The notes beneath the pieces were generated by a model. The model had not been told where the DNA came from. It saw only the letters and a list, made by a program, of their open reading frames with translations, and ran no database searches. Below are positions 10,975 through 22,292 of a stretch of DNA of 64,000 nucleotides, piece after piece. A program made the translations under genes and the position numbers. Within the stretch, counting starts at the first letter, position 1. Every line of letters starts with the position of its first letter. Location: the NCBI GenBank assembly GCA_965215265.1, contig OZ244048.1:1440001-1504000 (forward strand), read 5' to 3'. The stretch is from Candidatus Poribacteria bacterium (lineage in GTDB: Bacteria; Poribacteria; WGA-4E; WGA-3G).

Positions 10975-13161
10975 TTACATTCCGCTCTTAACTTGGCGGC
11001 GCCGCGGATGCAGCACAAATTCTGTATACCCGTTAGGCACCTCACACCCCTTGAAAACTAAATCTAACGCCGCTTTAAATGCAATGCTCTCCTTGTAATT
11101 CGGAGACATATTCCGATAGTGCGGGTCTCCAGCATTCTGGGCATCAACCACTCGTGCCATCCGTTTAAATGTCTCTGTTACTTGTGCACGCGAGACAATG
11201 CCGTGGTGCAGCCAATTTGCGATGTGCTGACTGGAAATCCGCAATGTTGCGCGATCTTCCATTAACCCGATGTTGTGAATGTCCGGTATCTTTGAACAGC
11301 CGACACCTTGATCAACCCAGCGGACAACATAACCGAGGATGCCCTGTGCGTTGTTATCTAATTCTGTCTGGATCGCTTCTGGCGACAATTCTCGTTCTAT
11401 CAACAACGGTGGTGTCAGCAAATCAGCCAAACTTGCTCGTGCGCGCTGCGCTAGTTCATCTAAGCGCTTTGCGACATTGATGCGGTGGTAGTGCATAGCG
11501 TGCAAAGTTGCAGCGGTAGGCGACGGTACCCATGCTGTCGTAGCCCCTGCCAATGGATGATTGCCCTTCGTTTGGACCATCTCTGCCATCTCATCAGGTT
11601 TTGTCCACATACCCTTCCCGATCTGCGCGGTGCCGGGCAATCCTGTTTCAATACCGATGTCGACGTTCCAGTCCTCATAAGCGACCATCCACGGTTCGTC
11701 GCGAATCTCCATTTTGGGAATCATCGGTCCTGCTTCCATGCTGGTATGAATTTCATCGCCTGTTCTATCCAAAAAACCGGTGTTAATAAAAACAATCCGA
11801 TCTTTCGCCATGCGGATAGATTCCTTGAGATTGACGGTTGTGCGGCGTTCTTCGTCCATAATCCCGATTTTCATCGTCTTCGGTGCGAGCCCGAGTGCAG
11901 CTTCAATCCTTTCAAACAAGCGTACCGTGAATGCGACTTCTTCTGGGCCGTGAAACTTCGGCTTGACGATATAGATACTGCCAGCGCGACTATTGCGAAA
12001 ATTCCCAGCTCCCTGCAGATCGTGTATGGCAGCGAGAGTTGTTACCATTGCATCTAGGAAACCCTCTGGAATTTCCGAACCGTCTTCAGTGGTAACAGCG
12101 TCGGTATATATATGGAGTCCGACGTTCCGAATGAGGAGCAGACTGCGTCCTGGCAACGTCAAGGTGCTGCCATCTGGTGCGGTGAACGTTTTATCTGGTG
12201 CTAGGCGGCGCGTCAGCGGTTTTCCGTTTTTCTCAAACGTTGTCTCTAACGTCCCCTTCATGATGCCGTTCCAATTACTATAGACCAGTCCCTTATCCGC
12301 TGCGTCGACTGCAGCGACAGAATCTTCACAGTCTTGAATAGTGGTTATCGCTGCTTCTAAAATGACATCGGTTACGCCGGCGGGATGTACCTTTCCGACA
12401 GGATGATTGCGGTCCAATTGAATCTCAATGTGCAACCCGTTATTTCTCAGTAAGATAGCCCGGAGTTCCTGATGTTCTAACCTAAAACCGGCAAATTGAT
12501 TCTGATCCGCTAACCCGACCGTGTCCGCTGCTGCGCTATGTTGTAAACGTGCGTGCAGCTGGTGGGTGCCATCGACCTGCTTGACGCTAAATTCGGTAAC
12601 GTCAGCGAAGCTCCCGGTTGCCAGTCCGGCAACTTCATCTAAAAATTTCTCGGTTGTCGCAATAACCTTGGTGCCGCGAATCGGGTTATAGGTGTCACCG
12701 CGGGTAGCACCGTCATCTTCGGAGATGACATCTGTGCCGTAGAGTGCGTCATACAGGCTGCCCCACCGTGCATTTGCAGCATTTAGGGCGTAGCGTGCAT
12801 TATCTGTCGGCACCACAAGTTGTGGTCCGGAAATCGTCGCTATTTCCGGGTCAACATTCTCTGTGTTAACCTGAAAATCTGGGCCTTCTGGGACCAGATA
12901 CCGGATTTCTGCGAGGAAGTCGGCGTATCCATCTAAAGGCTGTTCTTTATGGGCGAGGTACCATGCGTCAATCTGTTGCTGTATCAGATCTCGTTTTTCC
13001 AAGAGTGCGCGATTCTCCGGTGCCAAATCGGCGACAATGCTACCGAAAGCCGTCCAGAATGCATCGATGTCAATGCCGATGCCGGGAAGGATTTCATCCC
13101 TTACCAGCGCGTATAAATCGGCGTCTACTTTCAAACCACCGACTTCAATTCGGGTTCCCAT
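10975..13161 (-). CDS. glcB: Malate synthase G
   Basis: [63 protein letters not shown]. Confidence 0.97.
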   Translation of the reverse strand: MGTRIEVGGLKVDADLYALVRDEILPGIGIDIDAFWTAFGSIVADLAPENRALLEKRDLIQQQIDAWYLAHKEQPLDGYADFLAEIRYLVPEGPDFQVNTENVDPEIATISGPQLVVPTDNARYALNAANARWGSLYDALYGTDVISEDDGATRGDTYNPIRGTKVIATTEKFLDEVAGLATGSFADVTEFSVKQVDGTHQLHARLQHSAAADTVGLADQNQFAGFRLEHQELRAILLRNNGLHIEIQLDRNHPVGKVHPAGVTDVILEAAITTIQDCEDSVAAVDAADKGLVYSNWNGIMKGTLETTFEKNGKPLTRRLAPDKTFTAPDGSTLTLPGRSLLLIRNVGLHIYTDAVTTEDGSEIPEGFLDAMVTTLAAIHDLQGAGNFRNSRAGSIYIVKPKFHGPEEVAFTVRLFERIEAALGLAPKTMKIGIMDEERRTTVNLKESIRMAKDRIVFINTGFLDRTGDEIHTSMEAGPMIPKMEIRDEPWMVAYEDWNVDIGIETGLPGTAQIGKGMWTKPDEMAEMVQTKGNHPLAGATTAWVPSPTAATLHAMHYHRINVAKRLDELAQRARASLADLLTPPLLIERELSPEAIQTELDNNAQGILGYVVRWVDQGVGCSKIPDIHNIGLMEDRATLRISSQHIANWLHHGIVSRAQVTETFKRMARVVDAQNAGDPHYRNMSPNYKESIAFKAALDLVFKGCEVPNGYTEFVLHPRRRQVKSGM

Positions 13162-13440
13162 ATTATCTCTCCATTCCTCATTGCTGATAATAATGCCTTT
13201 TATGATAACAACAGTCGGTAGTTGTGTCAACAATTTTTCGTTTGGGGTCCGGAGATCTGATTTTATAAGGGTGCCAAAATTGAGGAAAGACGGAATCCGT
13301 GGGGTGTATCGTGCAAAGAAGGAAGAGTGAGGATGCAGAGATTCTTCCTGGCTGCTCTATCAAAAACTTGCAAATATCCCGGACAATTGTTATAATAGAA
13401 ACAGATAGATTGGCAAACAAAAGGATGCAAAAAAAAGTAT

Positions 13441-14520
13441 ATGAAAATAGGAATTATCGGCTGTGGGACGATTAGTGGTGCCTACTTTGAAGGGGCTCGG
13501 AAAACTGACATCTTAGAGATTGCAGCATGTGCAGATCTGCGAATGGAAGCTGCACAAGCACAAGCCAACCGATACGGTTGTCGCGCCCTCACTGTAGAGG
13601 AACTCCTCGCGGAACCGGAGATTGAATTGGTTGTCAATTTAACGATCCCGCGTGCACACGTCGAGGTAGGTCTTCAGGTACTTGAAGCAGGGAAACATGT
13701 CTATAGCGAAAAACCGCTTGGTGTAGATGTCGAAAGCGGTAAGAAGCTGGTTGAGAGTGGTGCAGAGAAATCGCTGCGGGTGGGTTCTGCCCCGGATACG
13801 TTTCTCGGTGCCGGAATCCAGACCTCTCGTCAGGTACTGGATGCGGGTAAAATTGGCAGCCCAATTGCAGGTAGTGCCTTTATGTGCGGGCATGGGCATG
13901 AAAGCTGGCATCCGAATCCGGCGTTCTACTATGACATCGGCGGTGGCCCGATGCTTGATATGGGTCCCTACTACGTGACTGCGTTAGTGAACCTACTCGG
14001 TCCCGTCAAGCGTGTGGCGGCGATCACGAGCAAGGCATTTGAAGAACGTATCGCCACCAGTGATGCGGTGAAAGGGCTGAGAATTCCTGTGAAAACTACA
14101 ACGCACCTGACGGGTACAATTGAATTTGAGCAGGGTGCGATTATTACGATGATTATGAGTTTCGACCTGTGGCGACACAGTCTTCCTTGCATTGAAATTT
14201 ACGGTGAGACGGGTTCGATGCAGGTGCCGGATCCGAATGGTTTTGGTGGGACAGTCAATGTCTGTGAGGCGCATGCGGACTGGGAAAAGGTGCCGCTTGT
14301 CTACCCGAATAATGCACGCATGATCGGGGTAATTGACATGGTATCGGCGATCCGGAACGGGCGTGAGCATCGTGCCAGCGGTGCGTTGGCTTACCATGTT
14401 CTTGAAGTCATGCTCGCCTTCGACAGATCTTCCGAATCTGGTAAACACGTTGAGATAGAGAGTACTACCGAGAGGCCGGCTCCGATGCCGCTTGGGTTAA
14501 AGGAGTGGGAAGTAGAGTAA
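13441..14520 (+). CDS. Gfo/Idh/MocA family oxidoreductase
   Basis: KIGIIGCG, GKHVYSEKP, APDTFLG, GGPMLDMGPYY. Confidence 0.92.
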   Translation: MKIGIIGCGTISGAYFEGARKTDILEIAACADLRMEAAQAQANRYGCRALTVEELLAEPEIELVVNLTIPRAHVEVGLQVLEAGKHVYSEKPLGVDVESGKKLVESGAEKSLRVGSAPDTFLGAGIQTSRQVLDAGKIGSPIAGSAFMCGHGHESWHPNPAFYYDIGGGPMLDMGPYYVTALVNLLGPVKRVAAITSKAFEERIATSDAVKGLRIPVKTTTHLTGTIEFEQGAIITMIMSFDLWRHSLPCIEIYGETGSMQVPDPNGFGGTVNVCEAHADWEKVPLVYPNNARMIGVIDMVSAIRNGREHRASGALAYHVLEVMLAFDRSSESGKHVEIESTTERPAPMPLGLKEWEVE

Positions 14521-14592
14521 ATTTCTCATTCAGTCCAAAATTCACAAAAATAGAGAACTGGAAACGGTTCAAACGGTTCAAAGGAGAATTTC

Positions 14593-15795
14593 ATGAATTC
14601 TAAAACTTTCAAGATAACTTTTGTTGTAGGGCTTGCCTTTATTGCAACGTTCCTATTGGGGTGTGAACGGATAAGTGACACGCTGCGTCCATCTGAACCT
14701 TCTACTACGCCCAGTCTCAAAATCGGCGTGATTCAACCGGCAGATTATTTCGCGAGTTTTACGAGAGGTGCGGAATTAGCACGGGTCCAAATCAACCAGA
14801 GTGGTGGTTTGCTCGGAATGCCGGTGGAGTTCATCGTTAGAAATAACCAGACGGCAGCGGGTGTATTTCCTACGCCGGAAACAAGCGTGGCTCTTGCTAA
14901 AGAATTGATTGAAGTCGAAGAGGTTTTCGCGCTTCTGGGGCCGATTTTTTCAACGAATGCGGTGCAAGTCGGGCCGGTGGCACAAGCACATCAGAGGTTG
15001 ATGCTTCCCGGTGCGACAGGTTCACAGGTCACGGATACAGGTGAATTTGTCTTTCTTGTTGGCGCGTCTGCAGCACTTCATGGACAGGTGATGGCGGGCT
15101 TCGCAACGGATGCGACTGCAATCGCTGCAACAACCGCCGCAACGATTCATCAAGCGAAAGATGTCTACTCAATGGATCTGACCCAAGCTTTTGAGGCACA
15201 TTTTCAGAGTCTTGGGGGGACAATCGTTGCCCAAGAAACCTATCAAGTTGGTGATACAGCTTTCGGTGCGCAGCTCGCACGAATTCAAGAGGCGAACCCG
15301 GATGTTCTGCTTCTCTCTAGTTTTGCGCCAGAAGTTCCGTTGTTGATAAAAGAAGCACGGGAGCTGGGAATTACTGCAACCTTTGTCGGCGGGGATGGCT
15401 GGGATGACCCGGAGAAGTTCCTCACAATCTTACAGGATAACGCCCCCCTAGAAGGCTCTTATTACGCCACAAACCAGACAATGGATAGCGCGAATACATC
15501 ACAGTTCATTGAAGATTATAAGAAGATGTTTGGGGATAATCCGGATGGTGTGGCGGCATCGGGGTATGATGCAATTCAGCTATTGGCAATTGCAATTAAA
15601 ACGGCGCAATCTGTTGACTCCGTTGAAGTCCGGGATGCGTTGAAGGGAATCACTGATTACAGCGGTGCTACGATTATATCTCACTATGATGAAAAACGTC
15701 ATCCTGTGAAAAAAATTGGGGTGTTGACGATTCGCGATGGACAGCCGCAACCCTACTCAGTTGTTACACCGCGGCCTATCGATGCGGTTGAATAA
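14593..15795 (+). CDS. Branched-chain amino acid type ABC substrate-binding lipoprotein (LivJ/K-like)
   Basis: Lipobox LLGC; GAELARVQINQSGGLLG, FVGGDGWD, GYDA. Confidence 0.85.
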   Translation: MNSKTFKITFVVGLAFIATFLLGCERISDTLRPSEPSTTPSLKIGVIQPADYFASFTRGAELARVQINQSGGLLGMPVEFIVRNNQTAAGVFPTPETSVALAKELIEVEEVFALLGPIFSTNAVQVGPVAQAHQRLMLPGATGSQVTDTGEFVFLVGASAALHGQVMAGFATDATAIAATTAATIHQAKDVYSMDLTQAFEAHFQSLGGTIVAQETYQVGDTAFGAQLARIQEANPDVLLLSSFAPEVPLLIKEARELGITATFVGGDGWDDPEKFLTILQDNAPLEGSYYATNQTMDSANTSQFIEDYKKMFGDNPDGVAASGYDAIQLLAIAIKTAQSVDSVEVRDALKGITDYSGATIISHYDEKRHPVKKIGVLTIRDGQPQPYSVVTPRPIDAVE

Positions 15796-15864
15796 GGTAC
15801 TTTTGTCGGAGTCGGCATAACAGAACCCGCAAAATTCAGGGAGTTTTTAATGCGGTGTTCCGTC

Positions 15865-16800
15865 TCATTGGGTTAACAACTTCAGGAGTTCTGCTTTGGT
15901 TTCGGCATCTAAGGAGCGTAAATCTTCTGAACTCAGCCCAGCCAGTCGTTCTTCCGGTGTGATGCCCTGGAGCCGTTCTTCCGGTGTGATGCCCTGGAGC
16001 CGTTCTTCCGGTGTGATGCCTTGGAGCCGTTCTTCCAATGTCATGCTCTGCAGCTGTTCTTCCGGTGTGATGCCCTGGAGCCGTTCTTCTAGTGTCATTT
16101 TTTTGAGCAAGTCCGGGCCCATGACATCAATAATCCGCCGGAGCTGTTTATCGTATAAATTCTCTCTTTTTGCCATTTTGAAGACCTCCATTGTGATTTC
16201 TGGCGCTACCCGCGCCGCATAGGAGAGGTAAGCCAGATTATCCTCGCCGATGAGCTGCTCGACAAACTGGTAAAACTTCCGTTTGGACGAGGCAAAGAGC
16301 AGCAGGGGGTAATTTTTCGCCACCAGTTCCAATTCATTACACACAAATAGGTTGACAGGCAATAAGTCCGTGCTTTGATAATGCCCGATACCTACGGAGT
16401 CCCACTTCACATCAGATGGGCAGCGGCTCAACACGTTTCTGGGTTGACGCGCGGAGACGATTGTCACCGTCATGTCAGCTGCCGAGAGTTTCTGCTCGGC
16501 CAGGTAGAGGTGGCTGCGCCCACGAATGAGGTGGTATCCGTCTCGTGTGAGAGCATCGGCTTTGCCTTTGAATTCAATCTGATTGTAGCGGCGGAAATAG
16601 TTGAAAGCGGTTTGCGTCTGAACTCTCTCCCGCTGTTGAGCGGTTTCCAAGACGAGCAGCGCATCGATGGTGCGTGGGAGCCGGCTCACCTCCACTTGTG
16701 TTTGGATAGGGATGGCGAGTTGCCCGAAGTTCACTGTCAAAACTTCTTTGAAGACAGGGTCAAGAAAATTGCGTTCGCTTGTTGGGTTATCAGTCGCCAT
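15865..16800 (-). CDS. Hypothetical protein, PD-(D/E)xK-like N-terminus with C-terminal EERLQGITP repeats
   Basis: 'RTIDALL...IEFKG' nuclease-like motif; 9-aa repeats near the C-terminus. Confidence 0.65.
   Translation of the reverse strand: MATDNPTSERNFLDPVFKEVLTVNFGQLAIPIQTQVEVSRLPRTIDALLVLETAQQRERVQTQTAFNYFRRYNQIEFKGKADALTRDGYHLIRGRSHLYLAEQKLSAADMTVTIVSARQPRNVLSRCPSDVKWDSVGIGHYQSTDLLPVNLFVCNELELVAKNYPLLLFASSKRKFYQFVEQLIGEDNLAYLSYAARVAPEITMEVFKMAKRENLYDKQLRRIIDVMGPDLLKKMTLEERLQGITPEEQLQSMTLEERLQGITPEERLQGITPEERLQGITPEERLAGLSSEDLRSLDAETKAELLKLLTQ
15943..16095. repeat. 27-bp tandem repeat (~5-6 imperfect units) encoding EERLQGITP
   Basis: Unit AGCCGTTCTTCCGGTGTGATGCCCTGG visibly repeated. 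Confidence 0.9.
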
Positions 16801-16985
16801 TACACCTTTACACCTTTCCATCTCTACAATCTGATAGTGCGTAACTGCTTTGTGTTATTATATCGTATTTTGGCGCAAATTGCAAGCAAAATCCGGGGTG
16901 AGGTGTGGTAGCATTCAGCACGAAACCTATGCGCAAGCCGCCTCGCACTTTCTATTTACCTTGGCATAACAGCAGCCTCTCCTTT

Positions 16986-19900
16986 TTATGAAGGCTGTCC
17001 ACTCTCATCATCAGATTCAGGCATTACCTGATGAGGTAAGCGCTCAATGATTCTGGTTGATTGGACGCTGATGTAAACGATGCGCTCTATGGCTGTTATC
17101 AGGTCTCGTGGATGCTCGAACCAGCCGTTGGCATCGTTGATGATGCCACTCTCCTTGTCCTGCTTGATGCGATACCTGTCTATAAACCACTCCAAGGGGG
17201 TTCTGCCGTTGACCAGGTAACGATGCGCTTCTTCCGGGATACCGGTCAATTGGACGTGTTCGTTGAGCATCAGCGTTGTTTTCTGCGGCTTATCGGCAAA
17301 TCGCATGGCCCGGGTGCCGAGCCGAAAATGCTGCGGTTGCGGCACGCCCTGTTGTGCGAAAATAAGTTCCAACGGAATGCGTTCACCCGTCTCGTAACTG
17401 AGGTGGAGTTCGGCGAGTCTGGAGCCCGCTTCCGCGAAGGCGTGGAAATCGGGTGCAAACGGGATACGTGGTAACATCTTGGACAAATCGTTGGCGAATT
17501 GTTCTCTATAACAGGGTGCGTGGAGGAGCCCGTAAACGTAGTCGAAGATGTCGTCTTTCGTGATTGACTTGTCGCTATAGTGGTTCCGAAACGCGTGCAA
17601 TGCGGTGTCCGAGATATTGTCAATCCGTTTGGGTGAATCGTCAGCACGGAGAAATGAGCCAGCCGCGTCTGACTTATCCGAAGGTTTCGGATATTGCCAC
17701 CGTGGGAAGCATTGTGAGCCACTGTTTAAACCGAGATCTGGCATCGTATCTGTCATCAACACGGAAAAGGGAGTTTTAGTTCCAATACCAGGGACACATA
17801 TCACACGATTTTCGCTGGAACTGTCTGGGAAAATCTTGTGCATCTGGTACCGCCTCTGTATGAACGTGTAATCTGTGTAACAATTTGTGGCAATGAAAGG
17901 TCGGTACACAACCTTTTGGATATAACTCTCATTAAATGCGGTTTTTCTCCTCCGCCTTAGGTCGTTCTCAAGATCTATATTCCACTTAATGTTTGTGGCG
18001 TAGCGGTTGACGACCTCCGCTATTGTTAATTCCGGGTTTTCTTCAAGTTTAGAGAGTGCGGCGAGGTAGTCTTGCGTCATCTGTCTTGCATTTTCAGCAC
18101 ATGCCTCGCGAGAAAAATTGTAGAGGTATGCGTCTCTGCCTGTTGCCAATCCCATAGAATACAGCCTAAATATCGCATCGTCTGCCTTACCAGCCTTTGC
18201 CTGCTTTGTCCCCAGCGGATAAAATTTACTAAACGCTTCACTGCGCTGCTCAATCCAATCGTGGTGGGCATTAGGCGTAATGGTTTGCCAATCGTTGAAC
18301 CCTTTTATAGAACCTGCCTCGCGGAGTGCGTCCAGTTTTTCCTCGCGGGTGAGATAGTCGCCGATGTCACGGTAGTGGATGCGGCATCCGTCATGGGAGG
18401 CGTTTGGGTTTTTGACAAGGATTGTAATAGCAACAGGGGCCCGTGAGCCTTGACCGAACACCTTGCCGCCTTCGCGACGTGAACGTTCCCCCTGAGTTCG
18501 TTGATTCCCTCGCAGGTTTAGGACGTGGATGGAACTAAACTCTTCTGCGAAACAGGCGCGGATGCCTGCATCGGCGTTTCCGTCAATCCATGAGCCGTTG
18601 GTGACGAAGGCGATAATTCCTTCTTTTTTGATTCTATCGGATCCCCAGCGGATCGCCATCTTGTAGGTATCATAGAGGTGTCTTGTATTCGTCACCGTAG
18701 AGGATTCAACGTAGGTTTCTCTGACACGGTTTTCAAGTTCGGGATAATCAATGTTGGGGTTGTCGTCGGCTGCGCTCCGCTGTCCTACGGACCAGGGTGG
18801 ATTGCCGACGATGACCTGGATCGGGAGTTTCTGTTGCCGTTCGGCACGTTCGTTGTTGTCGGGCAGCCACTCCTTCGGGAAAAGGGTGGGAGCTTCTTCC
18901 TTGTTCAGGTTGAACGTATCCGTCAGCACGATGCCCTTAAAGGGTTCGTACGCGCTGTCTTCTCCGTGCCGGCCACGGAACGCTTCTTCTATATTCACGG
19001 CGGCGATGTAGTAGGCGAGCAGCACGATTTCATTGGCGTGGAGTTCCTCCCGGAACTTGCGCCCCACATCGTCCGGGTGGATAAGCCCAGATTGTAACAG
19101 TCGGACGGGAAAGATGCCGGTGCCCGTAAACGCATCCAGCAGATGCACTCCTTCATCGCTGAGGCATCGGCCAAATTCATCTCGCAACACCTCCTCGGCA
19201 CTGTGCAGAATGAAGTCTACAACTTCAATCGGTGTGTAGACGATGCCGAGGCGTTGTGCGTCTTTCTCCAGAGCGGTGGCGAAGAATTTCTCGTAAAGTT
19301 CCAACAGAACGCGTTGTTTGCCTTCGCTGTTGTCTATGCCGCGTGCACGGAGTTGGACGCTCTCGTAGAAACGGGCTAAATCGCGTGTTTCGTCCTCCAA
19401 GCCGAATTCGGCGAAATCGGACTGGAGGCTGTTTAGGGCAATGGCGACGGGGTTACCGGCGGCGAAGTCGTAATGCTCAAAGAGTGCTTCAAAAACAGGG
19501 CGTGTCAAGATGTGCTGTGCCATCATCTCTATGGCGTTGCTCTGGGTGATTGAGGCGTTTATTGAACTTTGCAATTCTGTATGGAACGCGTCGAACCATT
19601 CACGCAGTGCCTCATTTTCGAGGGTATTGAGTAAGCCTTCAATTCTTGCGGTGACTCGCAAAAAAATATCGGCGACATCCTTTGCCCAGCTCTCCCAGTA
19701 TTTTCTGTCTCCGCAGTTCTCAACGATTTTGGCGCAGATGGCATCGGCGGGAATCTCCAGGGGCAAAAAGAGTTGTTGCGCGTTTAAGGCAGCCGGGGTG
19801 TCCGTGCCATCTCCATCAAGGTTATATCCGGTGAAGATTATCCGAGGGGTGGGGGTGTTGTTGAGGTCTATTCTGTTGATTTCGGCGTTGAGCCTGTCGT

Positions 19901-21824
19901 CGTGTGAGCGGAGGGCGCGGAGAATCTTCCACACTGCGGCGAACCGGTTATTGTCGTTGAGAATATTGGCCGGATCTGCGCCTGCGGGTATTGCCACCGG
20001 CAGGATGATGTAGCCGTACTGCTTGCCGGGCGCTTTACGCATCACACGGCCGACTGCTTGCACGATGTCCACGTGCGAGTTCCTCGGGGCCATGAAGAGC
20101 ACTGCGTCGAGGGCGGGGACATCGATGCCTTCGGTGAGACACCGTGCATTTGAGAGAATACGGCAAACCCCGTCAGAATCACCCTTTAACCACTCAATCC
20201 GTTTTTTGCGGGCGAGCGCATTATCTTTTCCATCCACGTGCTCGGTTTCGCACTTAAAGTTGTGCGGGCGGTGCGCGTCCGGCATTCGTTCTATAGCACT
20301 CTCTATAACCCCGTCCCAATGTTTCACAAGGTTCTTTGACGCGGCGATGGTGTTGGTGAAGGCGATGGCACGGGTTAGCGGTTTGATTGCCGCATCGTCA
20401 GGGGTTTTTCTTTCCGGGTTTTGGAGGGCACGCCAGCAGCCTACAATCTTCGTCGCGTCGTTAATGTTAAGGGCGCTGCCACCGGATGTGCGGTATGTCT
20501 GCAGCGCTGCATCCGCATTAGGTTCGTATATGGAAAGCACGACAACCTTGTAGTCAGAGAGCAGATCTTGTTCGACGGCTCTAGAGAAGGGCAGGTAATG
20601 GAATGCTTCGCCGTAGGTGTCCGCATCGTCCATAGAGAACACTTCAATATCATGGCGTGCGGCTTTTGCCTTCGCGCTTTCGGTATAGAGGCGTGAGGTA
20701 GCCGTCATGTAGAGGCGCTTCTTGGCATGGATTCGGGCGTTGTCGTGTACCAGTATAAAGTGAGAAGTGTCTTCATCTGAGGCTGCGATGCCTGTGGTTC
20801 GGTGTGCTTCGTCGCAAAGGACGATATCAAACGGCGGGGCGGCTGCCGCTTGTGCTTGTTCGACGATGGGGAGTGAATGGTAGGTGCAGAACACGACTTT
20901 CATAGTGTCTGTGTCTCTTTTCTGAAGCGCTTCAGAAATCACATCGGGCGCTGTCGTCACAGGTATTTCCAGCTCTAGGATGGATGCATCCTCGGTGGTT
21001 TTCCCGGCTCGGGTATCGGAACAGATACCGATGTAGCGGTGCGGGATGGCCTGTTGTTCTGCCCATTCTCGCATCGCTTGTGAAAAGAGCCCGATGGAGG
21101 GCACGAGGTATAGCACCCTGCCACCGACACCGGCGATAGCCTCGGCAATGCGGAGCGCCGTGAACGTTTTGCCGGTGCCGCACGCCATCAGGAGTTTGCC
21201 ACGGTCGGAATGTTTGAAGCCGTTGATAACGTCATCAACCGCTTCTTTTTGATGCGGGCGGAGGCTGAACTTTTCTGGTTGAGAGTCGAGTTGTTCGGGC
21301 GCTTGCTCGGCGAGGTCGGGCCAGTTGACGGGGCGGCTGGCGAGTTCGGCGGCACTGAGGCGTTGGCAGGGCGGTTGCAAGCCGTCGAGAGTCCTATAGA
21401 CGTTCGCACTCCAGCTGTCGCTGGTGTCAACGAACAGGCGCGCGGTGAAGGGCGCACGACCGGATGCCGAGATAAAGGTGTCCACATCTTGTTTTCTGAT
21501 ACGTGTGTTTTCAGCGTAACATTTGCACTGGATTGCGCAGTAGCCGCCTTCGCGTTCTTCCGCTACCAGGTCGATGCCGATATCCACCCCATCGAACTCT
21601 GGGCGAAGCGCTGCCCATTCAGCCCAGAGATACACATCGGAAAACCGATTTTTATAGAAGGCATCTTCAAGCAGATAGCGCCGGATTAAACGCTCGAAAA
21701 GTCTGCCGACTCCGTATTGGGTATTCGCATTTTCGCGAATGTAGTGGAGGGCGGTGTAGAAGCCGTTATCTTTTTGTTCGGTTCCGCTTTGTAAGTCTAA
21801 GTAGATTTGTGTGGTTTCTGACAT
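16986..21824 (-). CDS. Type ISP restriction-modification enzyme (LlaGI/LlaBIII-like: Mrr-like nuclease, SF2 helicase, N6-adenine MTase, TRD)
   Basis: DIGIDLVA..AIQCK nuclease; MACGTGKT, DEAHRT, QAVGRVMR helicase; GIVYTP, DAFTGTG, GNPPW methyltransferase; YRPF and LPRIP C-terminal signatures; 1612 aa. Confidence 0.93.
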   Translation of the reverse strand: MSETTQIYLDLQSGTEQKDNGFYTALHYIRENANTQYGVGRLFERLIRRYLLEDAFYKNRFSDVYLWAEWAALRPEFDGVDIGIDLVAEEREGGYCAIQCKCYAENTRIRKQDVDTFISASGRAPFTARLFVDTSDSWSANVYRTLDGLQPPCQRLSAAELASRPVNWPDLAEQAPEQLDSQPEKFSLRPHQKEAVDDVINGFKHSDRGKLLMACGTGKTFTALRIAEAIAGVGGRVLYLVPSIGLFSQAMREWAEQQAIPHRYIGICSDTRAGKTTEDASILELEIPVTTAPDVISEALQKRDTDTMKVVFCTYHSLPIVEQAQAAAAPPFDIVLCDEAHRTTGIAASDEDTSHFILVHDNARIHAKKRLYMTATSRLYTESAKAKAARHDIEVFSMDDADTYGEAFHYLPFSRAVEQDLLSDYKVVVLSIYEPNADAALQTYRTSGGSALNINDATKIVGCWRALQNPERKTPDDAAIKPLTRAIAFTNTIAASKNLVKHWDGVIESAIERMPDAHRPHNFKCETEHVDGKDNALARKKRIEWLKGDSDGVCRILSNARCLTEGIDVPALDAVLFMAPRNSHVDIVQAVGRVMRKAPGKQYGYIILPVAIPAGADPANILNDNNRFAAVWKILRALRSHDDRLNAEINRIDLNNTPTPRIIFTGYNLDGDGTDTPAALNAQQLFLPLEIPADAICAKIVENCGDRKYWESWAKDVADIFLRVTARIEGLLNTLENEALREWFDAFHTELQSSINASITQSNAIEMMAQHILTRPVFEALFEHYDFAAGNPVAIALNSLQSDFAEFGLEDETRDLARFYESVQLRARGIDNSEGKQRVLLELYEKFFATALEKDAQRLGIVYTPIEVVDFILHSAEEVLRDEFGRCLSDEGVHLLDAFTGTGIFPVRLLQSGLIHPDDVGRKFREELHANEIVLLAYYIAAVNIEEAFRGRHGEDSAYEPFKGIVLTDTFNLNKEEAPTLFPKEWLPDNNERAERQQKLPIQVIVGNPPWSVGQRSAADDNPNIDYPELENRVRETYVESSTVTNTRHLYDTYKMAIRWGSDRIKKEGIIAFVTNGSWIDGNADAGIRACFAEEFSSIHVLNLRGNQRTQGERSRREGGKVFGQGSRAPVAITILVKNPNASHDGCRIHYRDIGDYLTREEKLDALREAGSIKGFNDWQTITPNAHHDWIEQRSEAFSKFYPLGTKQAKAGKADDAIFRLYSMGLATGRDAYLYNFSREACAENARQMTQDYLAALSKLEENPELTIAEVVNRYATNIKWNIDLENDLRRRRKTAFNESYIQKVVYRPFIATNCYTDYTFIQRRYQMHKIFPDSSSENRVICVPGIGTKTPFSVLMTDTMPDLGLNSGSQCFPRWQYPKPSDKSDAAGSFLRADDSPKRIDNISDTALHAFRNHYSDKSITKDDIFDYVYGLLHAPCYREQFANDLSKMLPRIPFAPDFHAFAEAGSRLAELHLSYETGERIPLELIFAQQGVPQPQHFRLGTRAMRFADKPQKTTLMLNEHVQLTGIPEEAHRYLVNGRTPLEWFIDRYRIKQDKESGIINDANGWFEHPRDLITAIERIVYISVQSTRIIERLPHQVMPESDDESGQPS

Positions 21825-22292
21825 ATTAGTTCTTTTCAGCTCCTTTGCGAACGGGGATGTAGGGTCTTCGGAAGGATTGTTGTTGTGGTGCTTGGCGTGT
21901 CAGGGTGCCGTTCTGGAGGTGAGGGATATCTGGAATCAGCGGCGGCGGCGCTAGTGGCAGCGCTGCGAGCAGAAAAAAAGCCTGCCCTGTGCTTGAGGGT
22001 GCCAGTGGGCAGGCGTGCAGTCGAGTGAAAGTGAAGTTGAGGCGAGCTGGTGATGCGCGAGAACTTAACAGATATAAGGGGGGGGGTAAATCGTTCTTTT
22101 TGCTGACGGACCCGGCAGATGGCAGTTATCGGCGGCAGCCGCAATGTGCGTGAATCTCGATTGAGTGCTTGCGTGCAACGGCAGCGCGGTATTGAGAGAG
22201 AGGACAGATTTTACTGAAGTGCTAAGAGTTATATGCATGAGCGTTATGGTTACCCTCGAGGTTGGAAACCCTTACCTGCCGAGGCAGGGCGT

